Shown: positions 37,888 to 50,671 of the stretch, piece after piece | How positions within the stretch are numbered: the first letter of the stretch is position 1 | Layout of the letters: each line of letters starts with the position of its first letter | Assembly: GCA_964106645.2 (NCBI GenBank) | Contig: OZ067043.1 | DNA: 64,000 bases | DNA from: Podarcis pityusensis | Lineage: Eukaryota | Direction: 5' to 3' (one strand) | Program-made: the position numbers and the translations under genes | Notes under the pieces: model-generated | Told to the model about the DNA's origin: nothing | Seen by the model: only the letters and a program-made list of their open reading frames with translations | Database searches by the model: none

Positions 37888-38595
37888 GTATGGAATGGAG
37901 CAGTCTATTTCATGATATTGACTTGAATCTATATTTTCACAGTGACTGAAAAAAAATCTACATAATTTTGTTTGGACTACCTCTCAGAAAAAGTGAACTG
38001 CTTTCAGTCATCTCTAATCTCAACCTTCTGAAGATCTCAAAGCATAATATAGATGAAATTAAAAAAAGATACAGTAGTCTGCATAATCCATAAAGCCTGA
38101 AGAAACACCTTGTAGCATTCTCTCTGGAAACCTTAACAAAATAAGATGGGTGGAAGAGCTGAACCTGGGAGGGAGATGAAGACTTGAAACAACCAATTTT
38201 GGTTGCTGCAGAGTAACCTAGCCACATAAAGGCACATGATTAGTTGCTAATGTTGTCTCAGCACTGGTTTGAATGTAGTACTAAATAGAAGCATATTCTC
38301 ATTCAGTGCTCCCATGCTCTAAGAAAACTCAACATTGCTATATTAATTAAAGAAAAATGAGTAATCTTCCATCTGTCCCAAACTCAACATCATAGTTGCA
38401 AGTCCAAAGAAAACATTTTGTTGTGATTCTAATGCCTTCAAGTGAAACTGTGAAGTTTTTTGTTTATTTTTTAAGGTTGAGGAAACTAATGTGCAGGAAG
38501 CTTGGTGATTTCCATCAAATCTTTTCCTAGATTCTGCAAAGTGATAAAATAGGAACAGCGTGGCTTCTAGTTCCTGCTTTAATTTTCTAATTTAA

Positions 38596-38805
38596 GGGAA
38601 GAATTCAACATTGAGCTATGTTTGCCAGACAGAACACGCCCTCCCTCCACTCTTCCCACATGCACTGTTCTGGGGGTTCTCACAACTCCACTCCAAAAGC
38701 CAGGGTGTGTGCTAAGGGAGGAGAGGAGGGGACAGCTCTCTTGCACAAACAGAAGTCTTCATGCAGGACTTCTACTGATGGAACTTGTTAGGTGAATCCT
38801 ACCCC
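38596..38805. mobile_element. MITE with GGG-starting termini (PIF/Harbinger-like, inferred)
   Basis: GGGAAGAATTCAAC ... GTGAATCCTACCC. Related copy at ~59969-60157. Confidence 0.5.
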
Positions 38806-39079
38806 AAGTTACCTTGCATTTATCATTTGTCAATAAATATGCCAAAGGAGCTTATGGAGCATAGGGAGGCCAAGCTTAACTTTTAATAAAAATATTAGTT
38901 TGTTAGCCCTATGGATTTTGAAAGTATTACAAATGTGATCCATATGTAAGTTTACAGAGTATGAGCTTGAGAGCCTGGCAAAACAGTTCTTAGGAAATAG
39001 AGTCCTTCAGTGAAATATCAGAAGCTGTGTTCTAGCTCAGAGTTCTTCAGCCTTGGGTACCCAAGGTCATACTGCAGCT

Positions 39080-39222
39080 CAGTACTTTTCTTCTAGATAA
39101 AAGGTGACAGTACTCAGTATGAAGTTGTTACAGTAAGTGCCACACCTTTAACCAGTGTTTTTCTTCCAGAAAAAAGGTGTAGGTGCTGCGTATCTTTGAG
39201 TACCCTCAGAAAAAAAGCACTT
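39080..39222. mobile_element. hAT MITE nested in a palindromic MITE
   Basis: TSD CTGCAGCT / CTGCAACT, termini similar to 8363-8507. Confidence 0.7.
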
Positions 39223-39584
39223 CTGCAACTCCCATAATTCCTATCCATTGGCTAAGATGGTGGGAGATGACTGGAGTTGTAGTTCAGCAACATCTGGGGA
39301 TCCCAGGTTGAATAACTGCTATAGCTTGTTGAGTCATGTAGATGCATAAACCATGGAGTAAGTCTTGAGGAGGCCCTTGGGGAGATGGAGGTAACTAACA
39401 CATTAAGGAGAAGTGGGGTAGATTGCTGCCCTCTGGGTGACATGGTTCTGAGTTGGAGCCATTGAATACCTTTATATTTTTCTGCATAATACGAGTAAGC
39501 AGATAAGAATTCCAAGTGGTGTTTGTCTAAATAAATGTTTTAAAATGCATTGCAAGCGGAGCTGAAATGCCTGTTTCCCTTTAG

Positions 39585-39825
39585 AATGATCCAGGAGGAG
39601 AAAGAATCAACTGAGCTGCGGGCTGAGCAGTTGGAGAGCCGTGTCACCAGTGGTAGCATGGAGGCCCTGAATCTAACACAGCTACGCAAAAGAGCATCTA
39701 TCCCCACCTCCCTTACTGCCTTATCCTTGGCTAGCTCATCTCCTCCTGTCAGTGGGCGCTCTACTCCCAAGCTCACCTCTCGCAGCGCAGCTCAGGATCT
39801 TGATCGGATATGCAGCATGACCCTG
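39585..39825 (+). CDS. PPFIA4: coding exon 15 (MIQEEKES...CSMTL)
   Basis: ctttag| ... CTG|gtaagc, 241 nt. Confidence 0.96.
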
Positions 39826-40200
39826 GTAAGCAGGGCAAGAGGAGGGGTGATAATGCAGATAGACAGGTCGGCTGTTTGATTATATATGCTCTCCTTAGAA
39901 TTGTCTTGTTGCTTTCTTGTTGCTTCCGAATATCGTTTGTGCAGACTGCAGGACTTCTGGTCTTTAGCATTTTCACTTGGGTTCTATTTATCGTGCATAG
40001 GCATTTACTTCAATGACAAAATTATATGCTGTTTTGTTTGTTTTCAGGAGGCCTTGTCTGTCCTGGTTGATGCCCACAATCTCTTGATGTTCTCTTCAGT
40101 CCAAGTTGTAGCAGGCCTTTTACAGCATCAACAGTTTGCTTTCTCCTTCATACTGTTATTTTAAACTAATTTCTCTACTCTTGTGTCTTGTTTTTCGCAG

Positions 40201-40236
40201 CCCAGTGACTTGAGGAAACACAGGAGGAAGCTACTT
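40201..40236 (+). CDS. PPFIA4: coding exon 16, 36 nt (PSDLRKHRRKLL)
   Basis: ttcgcag| ... CTT|gtgagt, symmetric phase 0. Confidence 0.93.
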
Positions 40237-40490
40237 GTGAGTCTATTGGTTTATTTTCTCTTTTATGTGTATTCTTGTTCCACTTCTGTAACCTCGTTGC
40301 CCTTCTGCTCCCTCGTTAACCCTGTCATAACTATTGTCAAGCAGGTCTAGTGCACTAACATAGTGGAGCTGGCTTTATTCTGGGAAACCTCTGTATGCTG
40401 AAAAGAGAAGTGGTGGAGGTTGCAAAATATTGTGTTGTTTTAGGTAGGACTCTTAACTTGCTTATACTACCTTCATTGCTTCCACAAAAT

Positions 40491-40806
40491 GTTGTTAGCA
40501 TCTGTCTCAGGAGACAATGAAGGAATGCGCCTTTGGGGGTGAAGTCAAACCATTGAAGAGTTACAGCGCCTGCTGTGGGAGAGACCTATTTTGTTGCAGC
40601 TGAGGCAGATGAAGGCATCCAGTTTTGCTGCTGTGCTGCAGATGCACCATAGTGTTTCTTCTCTCTGCGCTCCTCACAGCACTCATTCTCCTTCTGGCCA
40701 CTGCTGTGGCTACATGACATAATAACCTGTCTCCAGGCACTGTGGTCTTCTGCAAGGGATTCCCACACAGCAGGGTTGATGTTGATAGCCTTCATGTTAC
40801 GTTTGC
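40491..40806 (-). mobile_element. RTE-clade LINE 3' fragment
   Basis: Minus-strand peptide VCKRNMKAININPAVWESLAEDHSAWRQ typical of an RTE ORF C-terminus, (AAC)-like tail, CACAAAA on both flanks. Confidence 0.8.
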
Positions 40807-43800
40807 ACACAAAAATCAGAGAATTGGCTAAATTCTTCCTTAGGGCTCCTAAGTTGCAACCTGGAGAATCTGATTTCACTTTTGTCTTCTGTATACCTTC
40901 TTCCTTTGTGTGCTGTAATGGAATATCACAATCTTCTGCAACAGGAAGATCAGAGGAGGAATCGTCAGAAGCAGGGCTGCAGGACAGTTTCCCTCTGCTA
41001 ATGCTGTTAATGATAAATGTAAAATCAATTTTTTTAGATTGCAACCTAGCAACTGTATTCATCTGTAAAAGATAGTTACACTGAAAATGTTGTTGTTATA
41101 GTTGGCTTAAGGTGAGACATTCAAGATGCTGATGAAAGTTTATCCTGTAGCTGTAGTCACAGGTACTATTTGGTTCTCCATGTAAATGCTATATAGATAA
41201 TTGTATGTCAAGCAGTAAATACACTGCTATTACTGAGTTGGTTGCTGAGGATCCAGTGGTCTTTAACCAAGATACCCTGCACTCAAACCAAGATCTATTG
41301 AATGTGCTTTTCTGCTGGAACATATATTGCAGTTTATAGAGTGGTGTAGCTATGCAAATATTATTGTAGATTCATATTGGTCAGTGTCTGTAACATCACT
41401 GACAAACATAACTCTACCCACCATGACTGTGCCATTATTTATTTTAAAAATAAAGTGCATAAGAGGACCTTAATCTATGATAAGTCACTATGCTGTGCTA
41501 CGCATACATTGCTAATGTAGTTTTCTCAAGTCTGTGCATCTCCTCAAAGTACATAATGGTTAACATATGATAGATTAAAAATGTGATCTCTGGGCTGTGC
41601 ACAGGCAACAGCTTCAGTGAGAAAGGAAGAAAACCTTGCCATCTTTTAATTACAGTGGATACAAACATTTTCATTCAAGCTTTGTTGCCATTTCCCCAAT
41701 ACCTAAATTTGGCACTTCAGACAGTTCCCTGAAACTGCTGTGCTGGTTGTATGGCTGTCAGAAGCACTAGATTAGAGATTGTCAGGTTGAGGCTAGAACT
41801 GGTTTGTGGCCATAACTAAACCTGGAGAATGTATTCTCTTGCTCAGGGGTCCCAGACATCAGTAGTCTGAGAAGAAGAAGAAGAGAATTGAAGCCTGAGG
41901 TGCAGTAAATGGAATATACTATTTTGTTCAAGCAAAGGCAGAAGTCCTCCCATCATCCCTAGCTAACAGGACCAGTGGTCAGGGATGATGCGAATTGTAG
42001 TCTCAAAACATCTGGAGGGCCGAGTTTGCCTATGCCTGATCTATGCCATGCCTGGGCAGAGACTGATGCACACCCCTGTTTCCCTCTGTAGCCTTAGCAC
42101 AACCCATGGAACTTCACTGGACCAGTCTCCAGCCTTGTACCCTGAAGCTCCCAATTCTAAACCTCATAATCCTTAGTATACAGTAGCTATGGCATTATTG
42201 ATGACAAGGAACTTGTGGGGGAATGTGTGTTGAATTTAGTTCTTTAAAAATAATTCTTCTCAGGAAGCACTTCTTCACTGCAGTGTTGCAGTCCTTGTGT
42301 AGAGCTTAAAACATGGAGAACCAAGAAAAAAGAACCAATTCTCCATCAAGTAAAAAACGTTTTGGTGGGAGAAATCTACAAACCCATTTTATTTTGGCAG
42401 GATGTGCTTGCCCTGTTTAACCTTTTTAAATGGTGGCAAAGTGGCTCTTCCCCATAGTGACCCCTCCACACCCATCTAGTTTGGCCAATTATTTTCCACT
42501 ATTGGTGCAGGATTGGGGCTCTATCTATGAGTGCCCTTAACACAAGGAAGTGTTCCTTTTGCTTCTGAAAAATTACCTCCATACAGAGTTTTAGGATTCT
42601 AAAAAAAAACCAAAACAAAACCCTACCAATTTTGCATTCAAAACCCACTCTACATGATGAATAGCATAATTGCAGCCTGGCTGGCTATGGTAGTGTGCAG
42701 CAGCATACCCCTACCATTCCCTGCATGCTTCCGCCCGCTTCTTCATTTTTAACTGTCTTTGTGTTCAGCTTCAGTGCCTGCCTGTGATTTGTTCAGTGCA
42801 AATGAGTTTGGAGATGACTCCTGTTTAAACAGTAACGTGTATTCTCTCCACCTACCTCCTGTCCCAGTGGCTATGCCTTATGTCTCTAGAAGCATGTTTA
42901 CTTCCTCTGTTTGGGTGCTTAGATCTTGCTTGTAGTGTCAGATTTTATTTACTTTAAGGAGAATGCTTTGGGGAAGCCAAAGCAGTTTCCCTTGACTTCC
43001 TGTTTATAGTTCAGCATGACAGAAATGGAAGTCCTAAGATAATCATAACACTGAGAATCGTGTCATATTTATAAGAGACCGTAAGAGGCTCTTGTCTGTG
43101 AGAACAATACATTATTTTGGCACATGCTTAGCTTATGTTTACCACTTTTCTCTCACCTTGACTTAGTGCATGCAGTGCTCTTTAAGCCTGCCCCTTCAAT
43201 TGCTGTTGCAAAGGAGGCAGAAGCAGGGTACATGTTCACCCTCCTGTCAATCTTTGGATAGTGCTGATTGAGGATTGTTCCTGGGCTTAGGCAGTAAATT
43301 GCCTGCTCCCAGTTGTGGACAACATACTATGGAAGGATACTTCAAGGATGACCCTTATAACAGTGGGAAGCTACTTTGGACCTGATGGTACCAAATGGAA
43401 ATATGCTCATCTAAATGATGACAACACTTACCTTCTTCAGAGATCTGTGCAGTTTGAATGGTCAGACTCAAAAGCAGCTCTGTATATGTGTTGCTTCTAA
43501 GTTAGAGCATAGGCCTTGGGAAGGCAGAGGCTGCTTTCCTTGTTGCTATGATGGTGATGGGTCGCAACCTGTCTCCTCCTTCCTGCTGTTATTGGGCTCC
43601 ATTCCCTCCCATTAGGGCTACATCACTCCAAGTGACACTGATAATTGTCACTCAGTCATCCAGGCCTTTGGATTAGGGCATGCAGTGAGCAGCAGCCCCC
43701 GAAAATGCATGTGACCCTGTTCCACCTTCTCCTTTAATTGAACTGGCAGGTGAGCTATGCTGATGGTGAGTGAGATAGAGATGGGAGGGAGGTGCTTGGA

Positions 43801-43837
43801 CAGGGATCTGCACTCTGACCTCCCCTTATTTGTTCAG

Positions 43838-43971
43838 TCACCAGCTGGTCGAGATGAGAGTCGAGAAGATAAAACCACCATAAAATGTGAGACTTCTCCT
43901 CCTTCCTCACCCAGGACACTGCGGCTGGAGAAGCTTGGACATCCTGCTCTGAGCCAGGAGGAAGGCAAGAG
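43838..43971 (+). CDS. PPFIA4: coding exon 17 (SPAGRDES...EEGK)
   Basis: gttcag| ... GAG|gtatag, 134 nt. Confidence 0.94.
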
Positions 43972-44129
43972 GTATAGGGGGCTGACAAGAGAGGGGAGGA
44001 GGGGCTCCGCCTACTGTAGGTAGCCAGTAGCGTACTGTATGTTCAGTTACATTGACAGGTGGATCAGAGGTTATGGAAAAGTAATCTGAAATCTTTTCCA
44101 ATTCAGTTAGGAGAGTGTCACATTGGTGT

Positions 44130-44215
44130 TGCAGAATAAAGTACATACTTGATCAACATCTACAAAAGTTTCCTGCAGAATAAAGTACTTGATCAAAATC
44201 TACAAAAGTTTCCTG
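44130..44215. repeat. ~42-bp tandem duplication
   Basis: GCAGAATAAAGTAC(ATAC)TTGATCAA(C/A)ATCTACAAAAGTTTCCT x2. Confidence 0.9.
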
Positions 44216-44443
44216 TGTCTAAAGCTGATTTTGTGTCCCAATTCTGATGAGAAAGGTACCAGAATTAAATGTGTACTGCAGTCTGCAACTAGCTGTTAGA
44301 AACCCAAGCATGCACTTTTCATTCCTTTGAGCTCCTTCAAAGATAGATGGCAATAGCTCTTCAGAATGTCCTGTAGATGATCTGACCTTTCCTTTGTGGA
44401 GAAAACTCCTAGTAAAGGATTGATGAGGCATAATTGGAACATT

Positions 44444-44617
44444 GAGGGCACAAGGAGAAGGGGACGACAGAGGACGAGATGGTTGGACAGTGTTCTCGAA
44501 GCTACCAACATGGGTTTGACCAAATTGTGGGAGGCAGTGGAAGACAGGAGTGCCTGGAGTGCTCTGGTCCATGGGGTCACGAAGAGTCGGACACGACTAA
44601 ACGGCTAAACAACAACA
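44444..44617 (+). mobile_element. BovB-family (RTE) LINE 3' end, 5' truncated
   Basis: Peptide EGTRRRGRQRTRWLDSV...WSALVHGVTKSRTRLNG, (AAC)n tail, 12-bp TSD AATTGGAACATT. Confidence 0.92.
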
Positions 44618-45891
44618 AATTGGAACATTACATCTAATCACTGAAATGTCCATTAAATGACAGGAATGGTCATGAAAATGTGGCTATAACATCAGCTGTA
44701 GTTGAGTGGTTGGGTCAGTGATGTATCTCACCCTTATATGCCCACAACTTTGTTCATGGCCCTTTGCTTTCTGGCCTGTAAGTATGGCATTCTTTGCTCC
44801 TTGATTGCATGGCATGCAAATAGGTGTGAATTTGAGATGTGTGTGGAGATTGTTTTAATGACTGCGGATGTCACAAAGGCAATGAGACTCCCTAAGGCAG
44901 TAAGAGTCTCTGTTTAATTCCTAAGAAGGGTGGGGATCTCTGCCAGGTGATAGGTTGGCTCTTCTCCAGACTGTTGGCTGTTATCTTCTCATTGTTCCTC
45001 TTAACTTTCTAACAGTACCTCTCCTTCCCATGAAGGCAAAGTTGTTCGGAAATGGAAGACTGATGTTTTCTAAGACTTGTCCATAGGGAATTTCTAGGGT
45101 CTTTCTGATAACTATCATTCCCTGTATTTGAAAGAATAACACATCCCTTTACACTAGGGATGGGGGACTGGATCCAACTAGTGAGCCAGATTCCTAATTC
45201 TCATACCCGTGCAGACCAACTTTGACAGTTGGACATAATGATGTCTGGTGGTTGACAGCTGTCAGTGTTCAGAGGAGGATGCTGTAGCCGGCAGATTCTG
45301 GAAGCCCCGTCTGGAGGAAGCAGAGGAAAAAATGCTATATTTGGAGGAAGCAATTTGAATGAAAACTGTTTCCTCCCTTGGTTATGCTAGGGAATTTCCA
45401 ATAGGGAACTCTCTAGTGTAGCCAACCTAACAGGGCTCCCTGTCAGAGCCGTTCAGCCCTGATTGCAGAGGAACAGTTGGGAGCTCACTTTAAATTTCTG
45501 ATACTTCTTTTGTAGGCATGTCTACATCCTACCCACACCTGATGTCACATACAATATCAGGTGTGGGGTAAGTGGCCATGGGGAATGGCTTCATGGCCAA
45601 ATAGGGACATGTGTCAGGCTTAATTAGGTCCATGGAGGTTCACCACCCTTCCATAGACAGAACTCCATTTTCTGTCTTTCTCCCGTTTTCTTATCCCCAG
45701 TCATTTGGCACATGTGGATGCTGACTGCTGTCCTCCTAAACAGGGAGTGATTGAACAGTTCACTGTGAAATGTATTAGGGATGTTTTTTGTAAAAAGAAG
45801 AAATGGGACTGACTCCAAGAGGGCAATGGCATTTACTTCATTGTAGATGCTGACAGACTGAATATCTTGCTGTTTCTTTCACACCCTTTAG

Positions 45892-46058
45892 CTTTTTAGA
45901 GGACCAAGCAAGTAATCCCAGCAGCAGTAACAGCAGCCAGGATTCTCTGCACAAAGGTTCCAAAAGGAAAGGCATCAAATCTTCTATTGGGCGCTTGTTT
46001 GGAAAGAAAGAGAAAGGACGCTTGATCCAGCTCAGCAGAGAAGGCGCTACTGGGCAAG
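45892..46058 (+). CDS. PPFIA4: coding exon 18 (FLEDQASNP...KSSIGRLFGKKEK...GATGQ)
   Basis: ctttag| ... AAG|gtcttt, 167 nt. The donor is weak and was placed by phase and homology. Confidence 0.9.
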
Positions 46059-46167
46059 GTCTTTGACTCTCTTCACTCGTTCTAAAGAAAGGTTTCTGGG
46101 GCAGCTGACCATTTTGGATAGGGTCCTTTTTTCACTCACCCACCCTTAGTAAAAAGGAAAAATAAAT

Positions 46168-46323
46168 GTCAGCCTGGATAGCTCAGTAGGTTAGAGTGCA
46201 GTGCTGATAACACCAAGGTTGCAGGTTTGATCCCCATATGGGATAGCTACATATTCCTGCATTGCATAGACTAGATGATTCTCAGCATCCCTTCCAACTC
46301 TACAATTCTATGATTCCATGATT
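46168..46323 (+). mobile_element. tRNA(Ile)-like-headed SINE with CR1-type tail
   Basis: Second copy of 1725-1865, tail ATTCTATGATTCCATG. Confidence 0.88.
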
Positions 46324-46883
46324 TTAAGTGATAAGATCAGGACGCTATGCCAGTTATACCTTTTCCCTGAATTATTGTAAGACTCAGATTTAATTTCCCT
46401 TTAGTACTGGTGTGGATCATCTTTATATGGTGCCCATGTAAGTAAGTAGCACAGTGCAAATAAGGGAGGAAATAAGGACAGGGGAATCAGTGGGGATGAG
46501 GAGCAGGTAGCACAAAAACTGTGGAGATCCATACAAGGCACTAAAAGCAAACACTGCAGCCTATCTGAATTTGGGCTGCTTAAAGCATATGGAAATCAGC
46601 GTGATTTTAGCAGTACAACTGTGTGTAGGTTTGTAGCCAAAGTGGATTCTGGAGATGCAGAGCAGATAATACAGTTGATGGCTTGATGATCAGTTGAAAC
46701 TGCCTGTATTCACATGTAACACTAAGTCATAGTTAAGTTCTTGGTAGCAAAGGAAATGCAACAACTGGGAAAATGATGCAAAATATTTGTTGGGTAGATA
46801 AATTAGCTTATTTTTAGTTTTTGGGGGCCCTAGCACTTGTGAGTCACAATCTAATCTAATTCTTTATCTATTGTGTTTCTCAG

Positions 46884-46977
46884 TTATGTTGACAGATTCA
46901 GAGATAAACATACAGGACTCTCTTGGTCTTGGCAAACTAGGAGCTCAAGCAGAAAAAGACCGACGGCTCAAAAAAAA
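46884..46977 (+). CDS. PPFIA4: coding exon 19 (VMLTDSE...DRRLKK)
   Basis: tctcag| ... AAA|gtgaga, 94 nt. Confidence 0.93.
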
Positions 46978-47580
46978 GTGAGAACGCCTGCTTTAGTATT
47001 CCCTTCAGATATGTTAAACATACTACCTTCAGAGAACATTTATTTGGCTGCCAAATAAAATGTACCTTTTGTACATTGAACACAGAATCTTTGTGTGGTG
47101 CAGAGGATTCTGGGAGGTATGCCAGGGTAAATTCTTATGTGGGGCACCAGCCAGCCCTATTAGAACTATCACACTTGGTCTGTAAGTGACTCTAGTTACT
47201 TTCTTGCAGCTACACTCTGCAAGAGAGTATTGTTTATCTTTTTAAATCTATGGTTTATTATGGTAGCTCATGGAATTCTCTCCCAAGGGAGGTGAAACTA
47301 GCCCCATTCCAGGTGGCATTTAAATGGGCAGTGAACACACACTACGTGGTTTCTAATGGTGTCTAATATATGACTGGAGGTTTTCCTTCTCGTTTTTATT
47401 TCAAGGTTTTAGCTTTATTGTTTGCTACTTGATTTTTTAAAAAAACATAAACCACTTGTTAGGACTGAAAACAGTATAATTTTTTAATATCAGTTTATAA
47501 ATTACTGGCTGTGAACTGTTGAGTGCACAGCTAGCTAGTAAGGAAATGGTTGTATTACTGCTTACTGCTTCTCCTTCTAG

Positions 47581-47662
47581 ACATGAACTTTTGGAAGATG
47601 CTCGAAGAAGGGGCATTCCCTTTGCTCAGTGGGATGGCCCAACTGTAGTCTCCTGGTTGGAG
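47581..47662 (+). CDS. PPFIA4: coding exon 20 (HELLEDARR...VSWLE), start of SAM1
   Basis: ttctag| ... GAG|gtaagc, 82 nt. Confidence 0.96.
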
Positions 47663-48640
47663 GTAAGCCTGCCTCTAGCTTCAGATGATTAATGGTATCT
47701 AGTAGATGACTTTGGCTCTTTGTAGACAGGTTATTTACCATTTATTTCAATTATTTGACTTAGTGTTTTTTCAAACAACCAGACTCTCTACCACACATTG
47801 AAATTAATTCTCGCATCTTCTTTAAAATTGTGTCCCTAAATTAGAATATATTTTTAGCTAACCTATTTGAAGTTGCATATCAATGGTACAGTATTGTGTT
47901 GTTAATTTAAAGCAGCTGCCTTTTAATTTCCCACCAGGAGATAAATTGCAGCCTGGTTCCTATCTTCAATAATGGCTTCAGCCTCCCAATTATTCATCTA
48001 TTTATTTGTTGTATTTGCCTCTGCCAGTTTCAGCAGGTGTGTTGCTGAGAAAATTTTAATTAGATTTGCAATGCATTCTTAAACATGTCTATGCAGAATT
48101 CCCAATGAGAGCTTGCTCCTAAGTAAGTTGGTATAGGATTGCAGCCTTATTGTATTTGTTCTTCAAAACAAGTGAACAATTTAATGCTACCATGTGTCAC
48201 AAGTCAGGGCTGTAGATCTTTTCTAGACATAGAAAGTCCATTTGTTTCATGAAAGCATAGATGTATAGTCTATTAAAACAGAAAAAGCACCTGAAGTTCA
48301 CTCTAGAGTGGTGAAATTGACTAGACCAGAAACTGCTTGAGTCAATTTCATCACTTTGTTTGTATTGAACTAGGAAAAGCAGCCACAATTAGAAAGATGG
48401 AATGGAAAACTTTTTTTTTCTCTTGCAGAAAATCTGCCCTTCCCTCTTTCTCTATTTTGTTTATTAAGCTACCAATACTGGACCAAGGCTACTGTCACAA
48501 TAGTGAGAAATCATTCCTATTGCTCCCTATCAATACTCTCAGACTAACAAAGTGGTTTAACAATAATTCTGCTGTGGGGAAGGATGAGTATCTGAGTAGA
48601 GATGTAAACATAAGCTCACCTGTGACCTTCTGTGTTGTAG

Positions 48641-48883
<243 letters not shown>

Positions 48884-50171
48884 TAGAAAACTGCAGTTGC
48901 TCATTCTGCAGCAAACGTAAAGGGATAAAACCCAAGCCTAAAGCCTTTTAGTGAGAGGCAGAGTAGTGCAGGCTGTTGCTAGCACATTGTATTCTGGTAA
49001 CTTTTGTCGTCAGCGTTTGGTAAATCTTGTGCCTCAGGTGTAACTGGTAAAATTGATCGAAGAGGGCTTGGCCCTTACTTCACCTTGTGAGAGCCAGTGG
49101 CTTTCACTAGGGGTTCATTTAACTTAACATACTTATTTGCTGGCTGTAGTGGGAGCCTGTAGCCTTTCTGTCAAGATGGCAGGTAAAATTGCTCAAAGGT
49201 ATTGTACCTTGCCCACCTGTTTTCTCATTGCCAGTAGACAGTTCAAAACAACCTTATCTCTGGCTTGTAGCTGTTCTAGGGCTAGGTGTGCTAGACTTGT
49301 CCCTGTAATTAGTGACTGTAACCTGTTCCTGTTCACCCGGGTTTTGGAGGGCTGAAGAATACTAAAACTTATTGTTTTTGGCAACCTTTGAAATATTAGT
49401 TGTGATTATTTTAGGTTCTGTTTAAAAATATTAAAATCGACTTTTTTATTTTGTTGTTTGTTGCCCTGAGCTCCTTTTGGAAGGAAGGGCCAGATAAAAA
49501 AAAATCTAATAAACAAACAAACATTATTCCCAGGGCACTAGCTGGATTGGTTGTATTTGAAGAGTGCTTGGCTCTCTCAGAAACTCAATCATATTCTTGC
49601 TTTGAGTTCCCTGCTTACTGGGTTGGAAGTAGCAATAGGTAGAAATATAAAGACTAATTAACATATGCTGAGAGATCTCGCCTTCCCCCTTTTTTTTTCC
49701 TGAAGAAGCAAAGGGCATGGTGACTTAATGCAAGAATTTGGCAGAAGCGGGGGAGTCGGAAGGAAATGGGGCAGAGCAAATAGTAAGTGGGGCAGTGAGG
49801 CACAGGAAATACAGGGCTGCAATTACAGGTCTTCTAATATGGTTGAAAATTTTAAAGAGAACTGCATATTCATTCAGATGGCTTGGTACAATGTCTACCA
49901 TTTGGGAAGAAAGGAGGTCTTGTTCTTTAAAAGCCTCAAATATTTTTCTGATTGAACTTAATGTACAAAAAAATCAGGATCTTTTTCTTTAATGTAAATT
50001 GAGCGTGATTTTTCATAGCATTATTGTCATTTCCACAGCCACTGAAAACTATCTTCACCCATACATTAGCCATGGTTTAATTTAAGATTAAACTTCAGAT
50101 TAAAATGCTTTACTGACATGATCACAGTTGTTCCTTCCCCTCTCATTAATTTATTTCATCTTTCTCCCTAG

Positions 50172-50234
50172 TCATCTGGAAATGTTTGGGTGACACACGA
50201 AGAGATGGAAACTATGGCAACTTCAACCAAAACG
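50172..50234 (+). CDS. PPFIA4: coding exon 22 (SSGNVWVTHEEMETMATSTKT)
   Basis: ccctag| ... ACG|gtaagt, 63 nt. Confidence 0.95.
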
Positions 50235-50398
50235 GTAAGTTTCTTCTGTGTGATAGTTTCCTTTGTATAATTTGTCCTTCAGTGTCTGAGATCCCAGCCA
50301 TCTCATCCTCATAAAAACAGGCAGGGAAATAATTTTGCATCTAATCAAAATGTAAGGCTTTTTCAGGACTAATACTACAGTATACCTATTTCAGCATA

Positions 50399-50671
50399 CA
50401 GTCATACCTCTTCTTGCAAACACTTCATGTTGTGTTTTTTCGGCTTAAGAACGCGGCAAACCTGGAAGGGTTTACTTCCGGGTTTCACTGCACGCGCAGA
50501 AGCGTTCTACATGGTTTGCACATCCGCAGAAGCATTCTGCATAGTTTGTGCATGCGCAGAAGCGCTCTATCGTGCTTCGCACATGCGCAGAAGTGCTGCT
50601 CTGGTTGCAGACTTTTCAGGGTGCGAATGGCACCCTGGAATGGATCGTGTCCGCAACCAGAGGTACCACTG
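50399..50671. mobile_element. Tigger-like MITE with ~30-bp internal tandem repeat
   Basis: TA TSD, TIR CAGTCATACCTC / GAGGTACCACTG, GCATGCGCAGAAGC-type unit x4. Confidence 0.85.

Noticed and set aside
45892-45899. Second AG 8 nt into exon 18
   Set aside because: Use would be out of frame and nothing suggests it is used.
50485-50600. Regularly spaced ~30-bp repeats resembling a CRISPR array
   Set aside because: Eukaryotic intron, no unique spacers, and the repeats lie inside a TIR-bounded MITE.
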